The notes under the pieces are model-generated. The model made no database searches, was not told the origin of the DNA, and saw nothing but the letters and a program-made list of their open reading frames with translations. A DNA stretch of 63,452 nt, the filler included, from Bigelowiella natans CCMP2755 (taxonomy: Eukaryota > Protista > Cercozoa), in NCBI GenBank assembly GCA_000320545.1. It is 7 parts of 7 records of this genome, joined end to end, with 100 filler letters (N's around TTAATTAATTAA, not from the genome) between each part and the next. Parts side by side here need not be neighbours in the genome. Positions count along the whole stretch, not along the records: positions 1 to 18,299 come from ADNK01003217.1; 6 more parts are not named here. One strand, 5' to 3'. Positions within the stretch are counted from its first letter, which is position 1. Every line of letters begins with the position of its first letter. Shown here one piece after another: positions 1 through 15,310 of this stretch. The translations under genes and the position numbers were made by a program.

Positions 1-18
1 ACGAAGGACGTAGTAGCC

Positions 19-52
<34 letters not shown>

Positions 53-324
53 GCATCAGCAATAATGATGATAACGATGATGATGATGATGATGATGAGG
101 ATGGTGGTGGTGGTGGTGAGGACATATTGTCCACAATAGCTCTTAGATACTCATTCTTTCTCTGACTAGTAGTACTGCTGCGACTACCGGGGAACCTCAG
201 CTTGCATTCTTCTAGGAACATCTCCTAAACAACAAAGGTTAGCACGTTTTAACCTTATGCATTCGTGTCCACACACAAACAGTCACATACACCGCCCACG
301 CAGTAATTATAATGACTATATATA

Positions 325-384
<60 letters not shown>

Positions 385-1225
385 ATTCATAGATGCAGTC
401 ATTACCTTCATCATCCCATCTTCCATGGGGGCGAGGCACTTGACCACGCCTTTTTATTAGATGAAGTGAAAGTCGGTATTATCACACATGAAGGAACGTT
501 TCGCCTTTGCTCAGGATGATGATACCCACCATTCATTCCTAGCCTCCCGCTGCTACTACTACCACCTCCTCAATGTCAAAATGCAAAACCACTACTATTA
601 ACGATGATGCTGCGAGGACCTTGGATTCCGGATATCTTGCCATCTGGAGATCCATGAGCGCAGAATGTATTCACCTGTTTACAATTCATATATATTTATA
701 CATGAATGTGGTTTTTCCGGGGAAATGAGGGGGGGATAGGATGAGGCAGCAAAGTGTGAGCCGAGCCTCCTTGCTCATGAGCGTCCAAATGGTTATCACA
801 ATCATGCTCTCATGATCTTCGGATGTTTCTAGTCGTACAATGCTCCTTCTACTGGCCCTTTAATCCTAAACATTCTTCTTTGTCTGCTGCTGCTTACTTA
901 CCAAAATGCGGTTGCGCTTTTGGTCTACTCCGTACATTCCTTGCGTGCAGTGGCAGTCCTAAGCAGCGCAGCATCATAGGAGAGTAAGTTATTGCCCTTG
1001 TTGTTGGATGCATTATCATCATCACTATTGTTGTTATTGTCAATAATATGAATTGTTATTCTCCAAGCTTTTCCTCAATCCCGCCCCTTCACTGTTTTTT
1101 TTTTTCCCGTATGAATGTACCTCCTGTCCAGCTCCAGCAAATCCTTTTTTCATCGAGGCAACTTCGTACCACGTTCCCAGATACCTGTGGTGGGTACATT
1201 ATTTGTGTTTGCGTTTGTGTTTGTG

Positions 1226-1257
<32 letters not shown>

Positions 1258-1259
1258 AT

Positions 1260-1300
<41 letters not shown>

Positions 1301-2135
1301 TGATTGATCACGAAAATACACTGTTTTACTAAAATCAACATGCAATGCGTAATGGTGCTCTTCCAGCCCATACTTCTGTGTCTCGAATAGCTGATTTGGA
1401 TCCGACATCATGTCATAGTCAGATAGCGCTGAGGGAGGGTGCTGATGATAAAGATGATAGCATCGATAAGATGGAACATCAGCAAGCACAAAGCTATGGG
1501 TATTAATGAAGACGAGCATCATTATGCACTCACGACGTTGCAACGCTTAAAGTGAATCGAAGAGAGTCGTTCGGACAATACATATTCAAGATTCCATCTT
1601 CCTATTGCATTATTAGGTTGGTCGCACCCCAAATCCAACTCCCAACTGCAGTGTTAGTGCCAAGGAGGCCGCAGCACCAGCAACCAAATCGGTAAATGGC
1701 GTCTTTCCTCTCTTTTGCCATCCCTACAAGGGGGGGGTAACCCCTTTGCCTGATTGGAATTCCTGCCTTTAAGCTCATCATCCTCTTCCTCCTAACTCCA
1801 GCGGCCGACGTCTGTTTACCTTTACTTACCATCCGCAACAGTGTGGAAGAAGACAAAGTGCGTTTTTGGTCGGCGGGAGTCTCAGTTCCAGCACTCTTTC
1901 TCGCATTTCTGCTCCCCATAACCCATGGTCTAAGTGGTGTTTTCTGCGCAAATCGGCCCTTCCTCTTCGTTCTGTGTGATCGAGGCTGTATAACTCGTCT
2001 TGATTTCGGATCTGGACCCAACCCCCGGCTCATCGGTTGGCATAACACTCCGGCGGTGGTAGTGCACGGCAACCCTGCAGCACTACCCCCATAGAGAGCG
2101 TGAAGAAGAGCAACCGCGACGAACGACGATCTCAT
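1..2135 (-). CDS. CHL: Chloroplastic (thylakoid lumen) lipocalin, multi-exon; 3' end runs off the window
   Basis: Spliced minus-strand exons read FETQK|YLGTWYEVASMKKGFAGAGQE|DCHCTQGMY...VNTFCAHGSPDGKISGIQG...VVKC...ECKLRFP. This matches the plant/algal CHL signature (GxW-EVASLKRGFAGQGQEDCHCTQG...TFCVHGSPDG). ATG at 2135 begins MRSSFVAVALLHALYGGSAA (signal-peptide-like). Confidence 0.9.
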
Positions 2136-2762
2136 AATTGGGAGAGGTAATAAACGGGATGGTGGTACACAAGGATGTAATTTGCTACACCCGAACCGTC
2201 GTCCGTGCCATGGTGGAAGCGAGGAGGAGGGGGGAACGTGTCCCGGCTCGGATGTGTAGAAAGGACCGGCCGCCTTGAAATATCCTTCAAGGTACGACAA
2301 GCACATGTTGGAAAGAACGGAAATATACCCTGCGACATCCTAAAGTCCTTGTCGTTCATCCAATTTCATGGGACGACAAGAGCAGCAGCAGGGGGTTGTT
2401 TGAAGCTCTTTTGCAAGGAAAATGACAATGGAAGGAGAACAGAGCAGGGAAGAGCTGAAAACGTTGTCGTACACGAAAAAACGTCTTCCGTCACGAAATC
2501 AGAGTGACTATTTCGAGTTGTCGTAGTTTAGAAATCGTGTGCTTTTTGTCCGGATCTAGTGTTGGCTTTTGGTATTCCGCAAAGCTGTGCCGGGGTAGTT
2601 TCTCGCTGAGAGACATCTCCGAATGCGTGTCGTCGTATAAATTTCCACAGTGTCTTCGCTCACATTTCAAGATTCCTTTTAGACAAAAATCCAAGCCGAA
2701 TACATCTATCTGGACCTCGCAACAACTTACATGTACTTGACCGACTGCGAGTGTATGATTGA

Positions 2763-5802
<3,040 letters not shown>

Positions 5803-5989
5803 GTATCCACATCGACCATATGTCATCGACAGCAGTTGTAAATCTTTCAAAAAAAATGTTATCACGCTAGCACGCTGCGATGTCTAGATATGTTTGCTAG
5901 TGTGTGCGATGTGAGGCACAAATTACATATGCGGATGTGTCATTGTCTTCCTCATGTGCACCGCCAAGCTGCATAGCTGCACATGCGCA

Positions 5990-6600
5990 AGCAATTGGTC
6001 GTCGCATGTGAAAAAGGACATGTGGGCGGGAACATCACTGGACCAGTTCATCTCCGCTGTGGCTCCCATGTGATGCTGCGCATCACACTCCTTTCACGTG
6101 AGGCTGTAGTCAGGTGTCTAGATCAAAATGACTAGCTCGGAGATCATGCATGCAAAACAACAACGCATCGGGCGATGTGACATGTTCTAGTGTTGCTAGG
6201 TTGGCCAAAGCTGAAGCATGCACGCCGCCACCTCCAGACTCTGGACCTGTCTAGCTGTGCATCACACATTCTAGCATTGCATCCAGCCAGACCATGACCT
6301 GTCTGACACAAAACTCTGCACATTGAAGCCAAAGCACATGCATCTCTGCATCGCAGAGGCATTTGAATGTTGCATGATGTGTGCGAGACGTGTGTTGGGG
6401 ACGTTCTTGTGACGTGCAAGCGTTCGATCAGTTGGCACGCCTAGACAAACTTGCTCATTTGTCAAGCTTCCGTTTTTTGCCAACAAAATGAACAACGTGC
6501 ATGCCATTCGGTGAAACAATCCACACGGTTTAGCAACAGTGCGTCGACTTTCCTCCAACACGAGGTGAGAGGGCACACCATTCTCTCGCCTTCAGTGTTT
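5990..6600. other. TpA-depleted, CTAG-retaining intergenic tract
   Basis: Hand count for 6001-6600: about 9 TA dinucleotides, 7 of them in CTAG; rich in TG/CA. Confidence 0.85.
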
Positions 6601-6840
6601 GCAACGCCATTTAGAAGAATTCTTAGAATTTAAAGAATTTAGTCTCTGATTCATTGTCGCAGGATAAAAAGGAAGGCAATTCTGGGAATAAACAGTCACG
6701 CGGGAAGGTGTTCTACAATGAGCCAAAACAATGGGGTTCGCACAACGCGTCCAATGCACCCAACTAGTGCGCACACTCTCATCAGATAGTCCTCTTCCGT
6801 CCCCGGGACTTTCTATCTCCTCTGCTTAATCAGGATAGTT

Positions 6841-9037
6841 ATGCGCGCTGCGCGGAGAAGTGGTGGTAAAGCTGTGTCCTCAGCCGAGAGTGGGAATCAC
6901 CGCCGCGCCCCACCGCCACCACACAAGCGTCGAGCACGTCAGAACACTGCGTTGACAGAGGCAGCATCGTCTTCGAAGGAACGCTACATAAGTAAGATAG
7001 ACTACGACTCAATCTTAGAGGACTTACAGAGCTTTGATTGCCCTCAGCGCATCATCGAAGAAGTTTTCCGAGGTGGACTTTGCCATCAAATCAACATAAA
7101 ATCTCACTCACTCACCCATATCCCAATTCATGAATGTAGGCTGGAAAATAGTGGATCTAGATAATGTGGAACAATGGAAAACGATAAAAGGCAAAATTTA
7201 CGTACTCAATTACGCCAAAAGAGTGCATCTGAACAAAGGAAAGAGAAAAGGTGAAGAACCGAGGGGACTCTCTGCTGATGGTATTCCACGACTAGCACTG
7301 AGGAAAGAGGTGTCTCCACAGAAGAATTTTGCGACATAATATAAAGGGCTGCGTATTTGATCAAGTCCATTCTGAAGAAAGAGTATTTCCAATTTCCGAG
7401 AAAATACATCTTGTCATTTTTCCTCAACTTTCTTCGCTGGCTTGTGCAATTCCGGTTTCTATATCTCTCACCACCCATCTTTTGCTCTCATCACTTGTGT
7501 TTCATCATATCATATCTCTCCTCCTCCTCCTCCCCATCATTCCCTACCACAGCGAAGTGCAACGATAAATCCGATTACAGGCTCTCCTGCCATCTCCCCT
7601 TCAGTAACCAATAATGATAAAGAGCCGCGCAAGGGAAAAGTCCCTCTCCATAGTCATACTAGCACAGCAAATACTACCAGCGGCAGTCATTCTACACAAG
7701 CAAGAGAGGGTTCTGTTACTAGCAGTAAGCCGCGCCGTGTCGCATCAAATCGGACGGGATGGAGAAGAGGAGGAGGGGAAAGAAAAACAAAAGGCAATAG
7801 ATATTTATAAAACCTGTATTATGTACCAAGATAGCGATTTATGCGCAATGCCTTGTAGGACAATAGACATCAAACGCGTCATCGTTGAATTCACACAGAA
7901 GCTGCACGATTCTCCTTCCTTTAGAAGTTCAGTGCCGTACACTCTGGGTTTTTCTCTGAGCTTGGTGTGCATTGAATACCACAGAAGACAAGTTCGGGCA
8001 AAGGGTAAAATACATGGCAAAGCACACCCCGTCGAGAGAGAAGAATAAGGCTACCGCAGCCGCTGCGTCTTCGCGAAACCCCTCAAGATCGTCGCGTAAA
8101 GCTACCCGCATTCCTCGCAAAAGCCGAGATGGGGATGGGGGATATGGTTCTAGACCAGTTACACAAGATACATCTCATGTTACTACTAAGGCTATAAAAC
8201 AACACAGCAGCAGCAGTCATATTAGTAGTAGTAGTAGCAGCAGCAGCAGTAGTTGTAGTAACGTAAAGCGGCGAGCGGGTGCTTATGATTATAGCAGAAA
8301 GTCGCAGGTAGCAGACACTGTCGAGGGGGGAAGGACGGTTATCGATCTAACTATGAGCACAGACGAAGAACAAGAAGAACAAGAAGAAGAAGAAGAAGAA
8401 GAAGAAGAAGAAGAAGAAGAAGAAGAAGAGGGGGAGATACTTGAGGACGATGACAGTGGCGACGATCATATTGACGGTAACCAGGACGAAATCAGGGGGG
8501 AAAAAAGAAAACGATTACCATGTAGATTAGTGCCGTGTAGATTTTTTGCACTTGGAGATTGCTGGAAAGGGGACAAATGCAGGTATCACCAACAGCAGCA
8601 ATAGTAAATGGTAGTAGTATTAGGTAGTAGTAATTCAGTAGTATAGCAGTAAAGGAGGAGGAGGAGGAGGAGGAGGAGGAGGAGGAGGGAAAAGAGGAAG
8701 AGAGTACATCAACTACATCTACGATCTATTTGATACTACCACCACCCACCACATGGTAATATTAGCAGACTTTAGGATTAGGCTACTCACACTCAAGCAT
8801 TTCCGTCTACTAACTAAATACAGATTCTTGCATGATCCCGAAATACGGCCTCGGCGGAGCAAAAGGGAGAGAAGGGATGATGACAAGGATGAAACACGAA
8901 TTTCTGAGAATAATTTTCACGGTTCGTCCATTGGCACCAGGGTGCATGAGCCCGAGATTGATGAAATATGTAGACGGTTTCAGCGCACGGGTAGATGTGT
9001 GCACGGAGATAAATGCTGGTATATCCATGAAAGATAA
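6841..9037 (+). CDS. CCCH-type zinc-finger protein (two C3H1 fingers, acidic tract), multi-exon
   Basis: PCRFFALGDCWKGDKCR|FLH is split by an intron (~8583-8823); ICRRFQRTGRCVHGDKCWYIH precedes the stop at 9037. Poly-E tract. The 5' exon structure is uncertain. Confidence 0.75.
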
Positions 9038-9725
9038 GCAAAAGTATGTTTTTGAACTGAAAAAGATGTCCTTAGTGGACGACTGTCATTCTAGCATTTA
9101 CCAAATCTAGTAATGAGTGTAAATCTGTCACACATGCCATACTAGCATACTAGCATAGTGTGCCATTCTGCATTGCACATAGTGAGCTAGATAAGTTTAC
9201 TTTTGTACCAGTGGATGTGACACAACACTACGCGCTACGCGTTTAGCTAATCTAGTAATGTGCTAGATGCGCTTGTCTATTTGCTGCCAACGGGCAATCA
9301 AATTCACCTACTAAAGCGTAGTAATATAAGCGCGCATTCAAACAACCACCGAAACGGTGAAAGAACGTAAATACCAACTACATGGCTCTAGATAGCGTGC
9401 GTATGTGGCCAATATTTACGTAGCGTTACATAGGTACGAGCACAAGCTAGACATTTTCCTTGCAAAACACAACATCCTAACTAGCTAAGCAATACGATAC
9501 GAACTGCTCTAGTGCTTCTCAAATATCTGCATACGCGCACTACAATCCTTCGAGGAAAAATAAGGAAGACGGTGGTGCCCTTGAGCCCAGTAATAAAAGT
9601 TGAAAGGCACAAGGTGTGAAATCATATGATAACATTAGAATTATATCGTTGATGATACGATTTATACTTTTGAACAATCTTTACTTCTTACAAGTAATTT
9701 TCCCCCAGATAATCTAAGCTATTGA

Positions 9726-11233
9726 CTATTGATACGGATAGTATGCAGCAATTCGATCCAAAAAAATTTCAAACCATTTAGGGAAACGAGAGTGAGCATA
9801 AAATTGAAAGTACATCGTCACAAATATGACACAGTAATCAATAAGATCTGAAAGTGGAGAATATTGGTTTGATTCCTCATCAGTATCTTGAGAGTAGCTA
9901 CCTCCTCTGGTGTATTGTCTGAAAACAACAATGGCAAGAAGTATAACTGCTGTAGCACCCATGATGGGAACAATGAAAATCAAACGAGTAAGCTTTTGTC
10001 TCGTTCGATTCATCTGAATATTTTTCTGACTCTTAAGAGCAGAGCGTCGGTCGCCGTTTGTAGGAGAGCTTGTAACTATCTTCTGTGACTTCGTGCTAAC
10101 GCTTGAATATTCTAATTTCAGAGAACCAGGGTTATCACTACGTTTGCTGTCCACGCATTCCATCAAAACAGGATTCTCTGTTGTTGGCACCTTCACTCCA
10201 TTTGTCTTTGTATTATGGGCGTCATTTTGTTTACTTCTAGAGATTCTTTCATTCGAGCTCTTTGTATCGCAGATGTTTTCGGCTATCGTCCCTTTATGTA
10301 GTTCATCTATAAGCATTCGTAATTTAATCCAGGCTGGTTCGGCCATTATGAATAGAAATATAATGAGCAAGATGGTTGCGGCGTGGCGGAGAGCATTAAT
10401 TCTATTAGTCGCTGTAATCAGGGTTCCGATAACCTATATAAATGTACTTCAGTCGTAAAACTTGCGAACAGGTACGTTTGGGTTATTTACCGCTAGTATT
10501 TGGAGCGCCAGTAGAATTAGCCCGAATGACTTGAAATAGAAACCAAGCTGTTGAGGGAGCTTGGCACTTGAAAGATTTACACTCGTGTACATCGCGGAAA
10601 GGGAAATGTACCTACAAGTTTCGATTTTAGATATTCACCTCTAGGGTGTATGTCGTTGCTCCCTACGTTGAATACAGTCCTAAATACGATCCAAATATCT
10701 GACGAAGTTAGATCATGAAAACTTTCAATAAAATATAAGTAAACTAGGAAAGACAAAGACTGTCTAGCTGTGGAGGGAACGAAAAAAAAATAAAATATAG
10801 ATTGATACCACGATTACTGCCCCAAACACCAGTTGAGCTTGCCATCTATGATCAACATGTTCAGAAAAACACTGAAGAAAAATGCATGATCAAACACAAT
10901 TTAATTGATAGGATGCCTTACCCAAAATACAGAGGTTCATGCTTTCCCTAGCAGAAAATATATATTTCATTAACATGTACACGAAATTCTGAAATCTGAT
11001 GTTACCAAAAACCAGAAGAAAGCAGACGTCTGAATGAACACATTCACCCACTGCATCGAGCGTTTTGGATTTGTTGACGTAGGTCTGTTCAGCTGCAACA
11101 CGTTGTATGCTTGCTGGAAAACCACAGTGATGATCTTCACGGTGTCTTGATTTGGCATCACCAAGCACCGTTTACAATCATTGAAGAAGAAGTAAGAGAA
11201 AGAGGAGGAATCATGTTGGAAATCCATAGCCAT
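9726..11233 (-). CDS. Multipass membrane protein (possibly 7TM/GPCR-like), multi-exon
   Basis: Several hydrophobic segments (FGLILLALQILA|VIGTLIT, ILLIIFLFIMA, LIFIVPIMGATAVILLAIVVF, IDYCVIFVTMYFQFY) with a long hydrophilic loop between the later helices. The start is uncertain and lies in a TA-depleted zone. Confidence 0.55.
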
Positions 11234-12700
11234 GCATTGTGAAAATCAATGTTGGAGCGGTTGATTTGCAACGTGTCACAAGTTTGCGTGTGCATTGCAT
11301 GATTTTCTTTGCTGTGGTCATCATGCAGTTCTTGCAAATCGCACACGGCCAAAATGTTGTGGATGGTCAATTGAGTGGGACCTGTCACTAGCCATGGACT
11401 ACTTGACAACATGCTGTGTGCGTGATGGAAGTCTAGAAGCGTGCCAAGCGTCAGCTGTTGCTTGCTGACCCAGCAGCCAAATTGTTAGCATCAAAATCCC
11501 ATGCATTTTGCGCCTGTGACAACAACAATCAATTGTCGTTTTCTGCAATCAGCGACCAAAGCCAAGTGGCAGCATGGCAGCTCAGCATCGCTGAACGCGG
11601 CCTTGAAATGAACCTTCCACTGGCCTCACTGGCCTACCCTGTGCTGGACGACTCCATCATTCGCAAACCTCTTCATCTTCTTTTTCTTTCACATTCATAA
11701 TTCATGCAGAAAAGCAGCAATGAACCGACACGCATTGAGCCTGTCCTGACGGTGCTGGCCTTCGAACTCCAGCAACTGTTCCGTGGCAAAAAGCACAAGC
11801 ACAGCAACCAGGCAAGCCAACAAGCCCAGTGCTGCAGTGTTGCGTGCAAACGTGTGCGCACACTTGCGCGTTTCAGCTCAACAAAACGTCGTGGTGTGCT
11901 GCGTGCTGGACGTGGATCAATCACAATCGCAATTCACAAAAAAATGCAAGAGCCTTTGGGCTTGCCAAGTTGTGACCAGTTGGCTGCCCTGGCTTTCATT
12001 GACCAAGCACGCTGGCACTTCCAGACTGCTGGACTGTCCAACCGTCTGGGCTTGCTAGCCAGGCTGCAGGAACTGCGGGACAGCTCGCTAGCTAGCTCCA
12101 GAGCCAGAGAGCTAGTCCAGCAGTGGGTGCCAGCTAGCAAGACCACAAGACTGGAAGACCTGGAGGTGGATGCAAAACTTTTCGGTTTGCTGGTTTGGAA
12201 AAACTTGCACACGCTGGCACTAGCTAGCTAGCTAGAGCACGCTGCTGGCTAGCTGGGCTGATGACGGTGAACTGCGCTGCTGGCTAGCTGGCTTTCATTG
12301 TTGTTTGCACTCTGCTTCTCTGGTTCTGTTTCTGAATTGCACTGCTGGACGCGCTAGTAGCTGACCAGCTAGCATGAGCTGCTAGACTTGACCATGTGGC
12401 CGGTTTTGCATTCATCATGCAGTGTGGTTGAGGTTGTGCCTCGCTGCTCTGGTGCTCGTCTAGCTAGCTAGTCGTGCGACGTGTTGTGTCATGGTTTTTG
12501 TCAGTTTTCAAACTTGGAAACATTGCATTCTAGCACTGCTAGACTGGACCAGGTGCACGCGCGCAGCAATTCCCCATGAATTGTGTGCGAACATAGAGAG
12601 CGCCGCTTGTTCGCTTGTAGCGATGCACCATTCTGTCACACACAAGCTAGCAAGAAATGCATCGATTCGAATCGAACGAAGCAGAGCAACATTGTAGACA
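11190..12700. other. TpA-depleted, CTAG-rich intergenic tract
   Basis: 11701-12545: about 20 TA, all but one in CTAG (often as CTAGCTAG runs); no TA at all in 11701-12050. Confidence 0.9.
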
Positions 12701-12815
12701 CGTAATACCACATATGCATAGTACACATGACATTACTATGTCTATACTTATCGGATACTTATCACATACACGTAATACCACATATGCTTAGTACATGTGA
12801 TATTGCTATGTCCAT
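12698..12815. repeat. Two ~48-bp direct repeats (period 70) differing mainly at TA/TG/CA sites
   Basis: ACACGTAATACCACATATGCATAGTACACATGACATTACTATGTCTAT vs ACACGTAATACCACATATGCTTAGTACATGTGATATTGCTATGTCCAT. Confidence 0.9.
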
Positions 12816-12961
12816 TATCAACATTTCACCAGCGCAATGTGATCCATAGCTGAGCTTGTTGCATGCACATTGTCAAAATTGAAGGGAACTTGACTTGGTG
12901 TTGGTTGATGACAGTTTTAAATGCCTTTCATGTACTCTTCCTATTAGGATCTAAGACATCT

Positions 12962-13600
12962 TCAAGCTTCCACTTGGCCTTGAGCGTGGAATTCTGCAAG
13001 TGACATCTTGCCAGTTTTTTTTCGTCTGGGTGCTACTGTTTGCACTGGCTTCGTTGCAACCTCATGTCCGATTGATTTCATGTAATCTTCTAGGTACTGG
13101 GTTCCTGTTATCTTTTTCCCTCTTTCCTTCCTACCACACGTCACCAAGAATGTGAAGATGTTGTCAAATCACTGCATCACTTGCAATTCATTTCACGTTT
13201 CAGGTGCGAAAACAGGACACCTTTCAGGCCCAGGGCGCCCAGAATTAGGATCAGCTTCAACCATTTCATCTTTGTAAGTTCCCCAGTTTGCTTTTCCATG
13301 CCCTTCATAACAAATTCCAACGATCATTCAAGAAACGTAGATCAAGTCGATGTGTTTAGGAACCGTTCTTTGGATTTTTCGTTGGGTCACGGCCAGTTCC
13401 ACTCCGTCGGTCGTATTCTCTCTTCTCCTTTGGCATATTTTTGAACCTGTTAGTTCATAATTTAGGGGATTAAAAAGAATAGCAAGAATAATGAACATTG
13501 CATGAGTGGGGTGGATTTACGTCGATAGTTTTGGATTTTGGTTTTTGGATTCTGGTGTGTTGTCAAAGCTTGTGAAAGAGCTGGCAGTTTGCATCACGCA
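12962..13600 (-). CDS. HABP4/PAI-RBP1 (SERBP1/Stm1-like) motif protein, 3' exons
   Basis: Spliced KREYDRRSGTGRDPTKNPKNG|HGKANWGTYKDE...TQYLEDYMK matches the family motif REFDRxSGTGR...GxGxxNWG...TL(D/E)EY. 5' exons (up to ~14280) not resolved. Confidence 0.7.
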
Positions 13601-14415
13601 GTTACTGGAAATGCATTAGTATTTCATGTTACGACTTCTCATTGAAGTCCAATAACGGAGTTTTCGTCAAATTTTAAACGATAATTTTCTAAAATTTAAG
13701 ATAAAAAATGTGGCCAGTGTAACTCAAAATTATCTCCCAGAAAAACTAGTCTTTCAGCCTTCTTCCTTCCTCAGGCTAATGTTTCTCTACGTCAGATTTT
13801 TGAATACCAGGCTCCCAAAGATGCCACTACCTCTGAAATGCCTTGTAATTGCACGCAAAGTTCGCTCTCGAAACTTGAAGTTGCTCTTATCCGATTTTGC
13901 CGGTTATTCATGAATTCAATAGCAAATCAAAGGGCATTATCGCATACACGTGCATACATCTGTGTTATGTAAAAAACAATCTGTGCAGCAGGGGTATAAC
14001 TGATAGTACCCTCCATGTTAGTCTTTGTCGTCAGGACAAATTGTCAAACATTTTTATTCCTGCAAGCTCTCGTGTGCTATTTCTGGAAAAACCGGAAATT
14101 TCCAAGCTTCTTGAATTTTCTATGAGCTTCGCTCTCCGGGATTCCCGTAAGAAGTATCCGAGAATCTCCCACGCAAAGCCTGAAGGCTCTGTACGTGATG
14201 CTCTCGTCTATGGTTAGATCTTACCGAAGAGCAGAAAGTAGGATATTGGTGAAACCAGGTTCCGATTTACCCTAGCGTCATGAAACAATCGAAGCTTTAT
14301 ACAAGAATGAACGGCATTTCTACTTCAATGTGATCGGCTTACTTTGCTGTAATTCTTCTACTTCGCTGAATCTGTCCTCAAACCCCTCTCCAAATTCCAG
14401 CGTACTCATTCAGCC

Positions 14416-15273
14416 ATGGCCGACTCCGAAAAGCCTCAGGGAAGCGGAGCTGGGGGTGACCAAGTTATCAACCCTATCACCGTGCAAGGAGACTCGGCTA
14501 CAGGCTCTATCGGTAATGATTAGGATGATTGAAGCGATTGTTTTTCGAGTGCTTTTGATGACTGACCTCTTCTCCAGACTATGCAAAGCTGATCGAGCAA
14601 TTTGGGACGAGTGAGATCGACGAAAAGCTCATTAAAAGATTTGAAAAACTTACTGGACGGTAGCAAACACGCGGCCTGATCAAATTCAACGCACTGAACA
14701 CTTGTTTGCGTAGGAAAGCTCATCCATGGCTACGACGCGGCATGTTCTACTCGCACCGAGAATTCGACAATATCCTGGACCTGTAAGTACACCAGATGCA
14801 ACTCTACTTAAAATTCAATTATGTTTTCTTTCTTTGTAAGTGTCTATGTAAGTTTTTGGGAATTTGTGTTTGTGTGGTGAATTAATCAACAAACCACCAC
14901 ACACCACTTCCCATCGTGTTTGATCAAGGTATGAGAAGAAAAAGCCCTTCTATCTTTACACCGGTCGTGGACCCTCCTCAGCGTCGATGCACATGGGCCA
15001 TCTTATTCCATTTATGTTCACCAAATATTTGCAAGAGGTAGGGTGCTGCACGACGCTATCGTTTTCATCATCATCAGCATCCTTTTCATTCTTCTTTCCG
15101 CCATCACCATCGATCGCCACTTGTAGGTTTTCAACGTACCGCTCGTGATTCAACTCACCGATGATGAGAAGTTCTTCTTCAAGGATAAGGTGTGGATAGT
15201 TAGAAAGTAGCACGCGTAATCTGTGTATCCCGCTTAATTGCAGTCACCGCCCCCCCCCCCCCCCCCCCCCCCC

Positions 15274-15310
<37 letters not shown>

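Noticed and set aside
2250-2760. Minus-strand peptide with an ALVVP..W string faintly like a DIRS MT domain
   Set aside because: Interrupted, with no supporting motifs; lies in the short divergent spacer between the lipocalin and DHFR genes.
14956-15213. Minus-strand ORFs over TrpRS, USP, gag-pol antisense frames and importin (e.g. 62345-62959)
   Set aside because: Antisense or alternative-frame shadows of well-supported genes.
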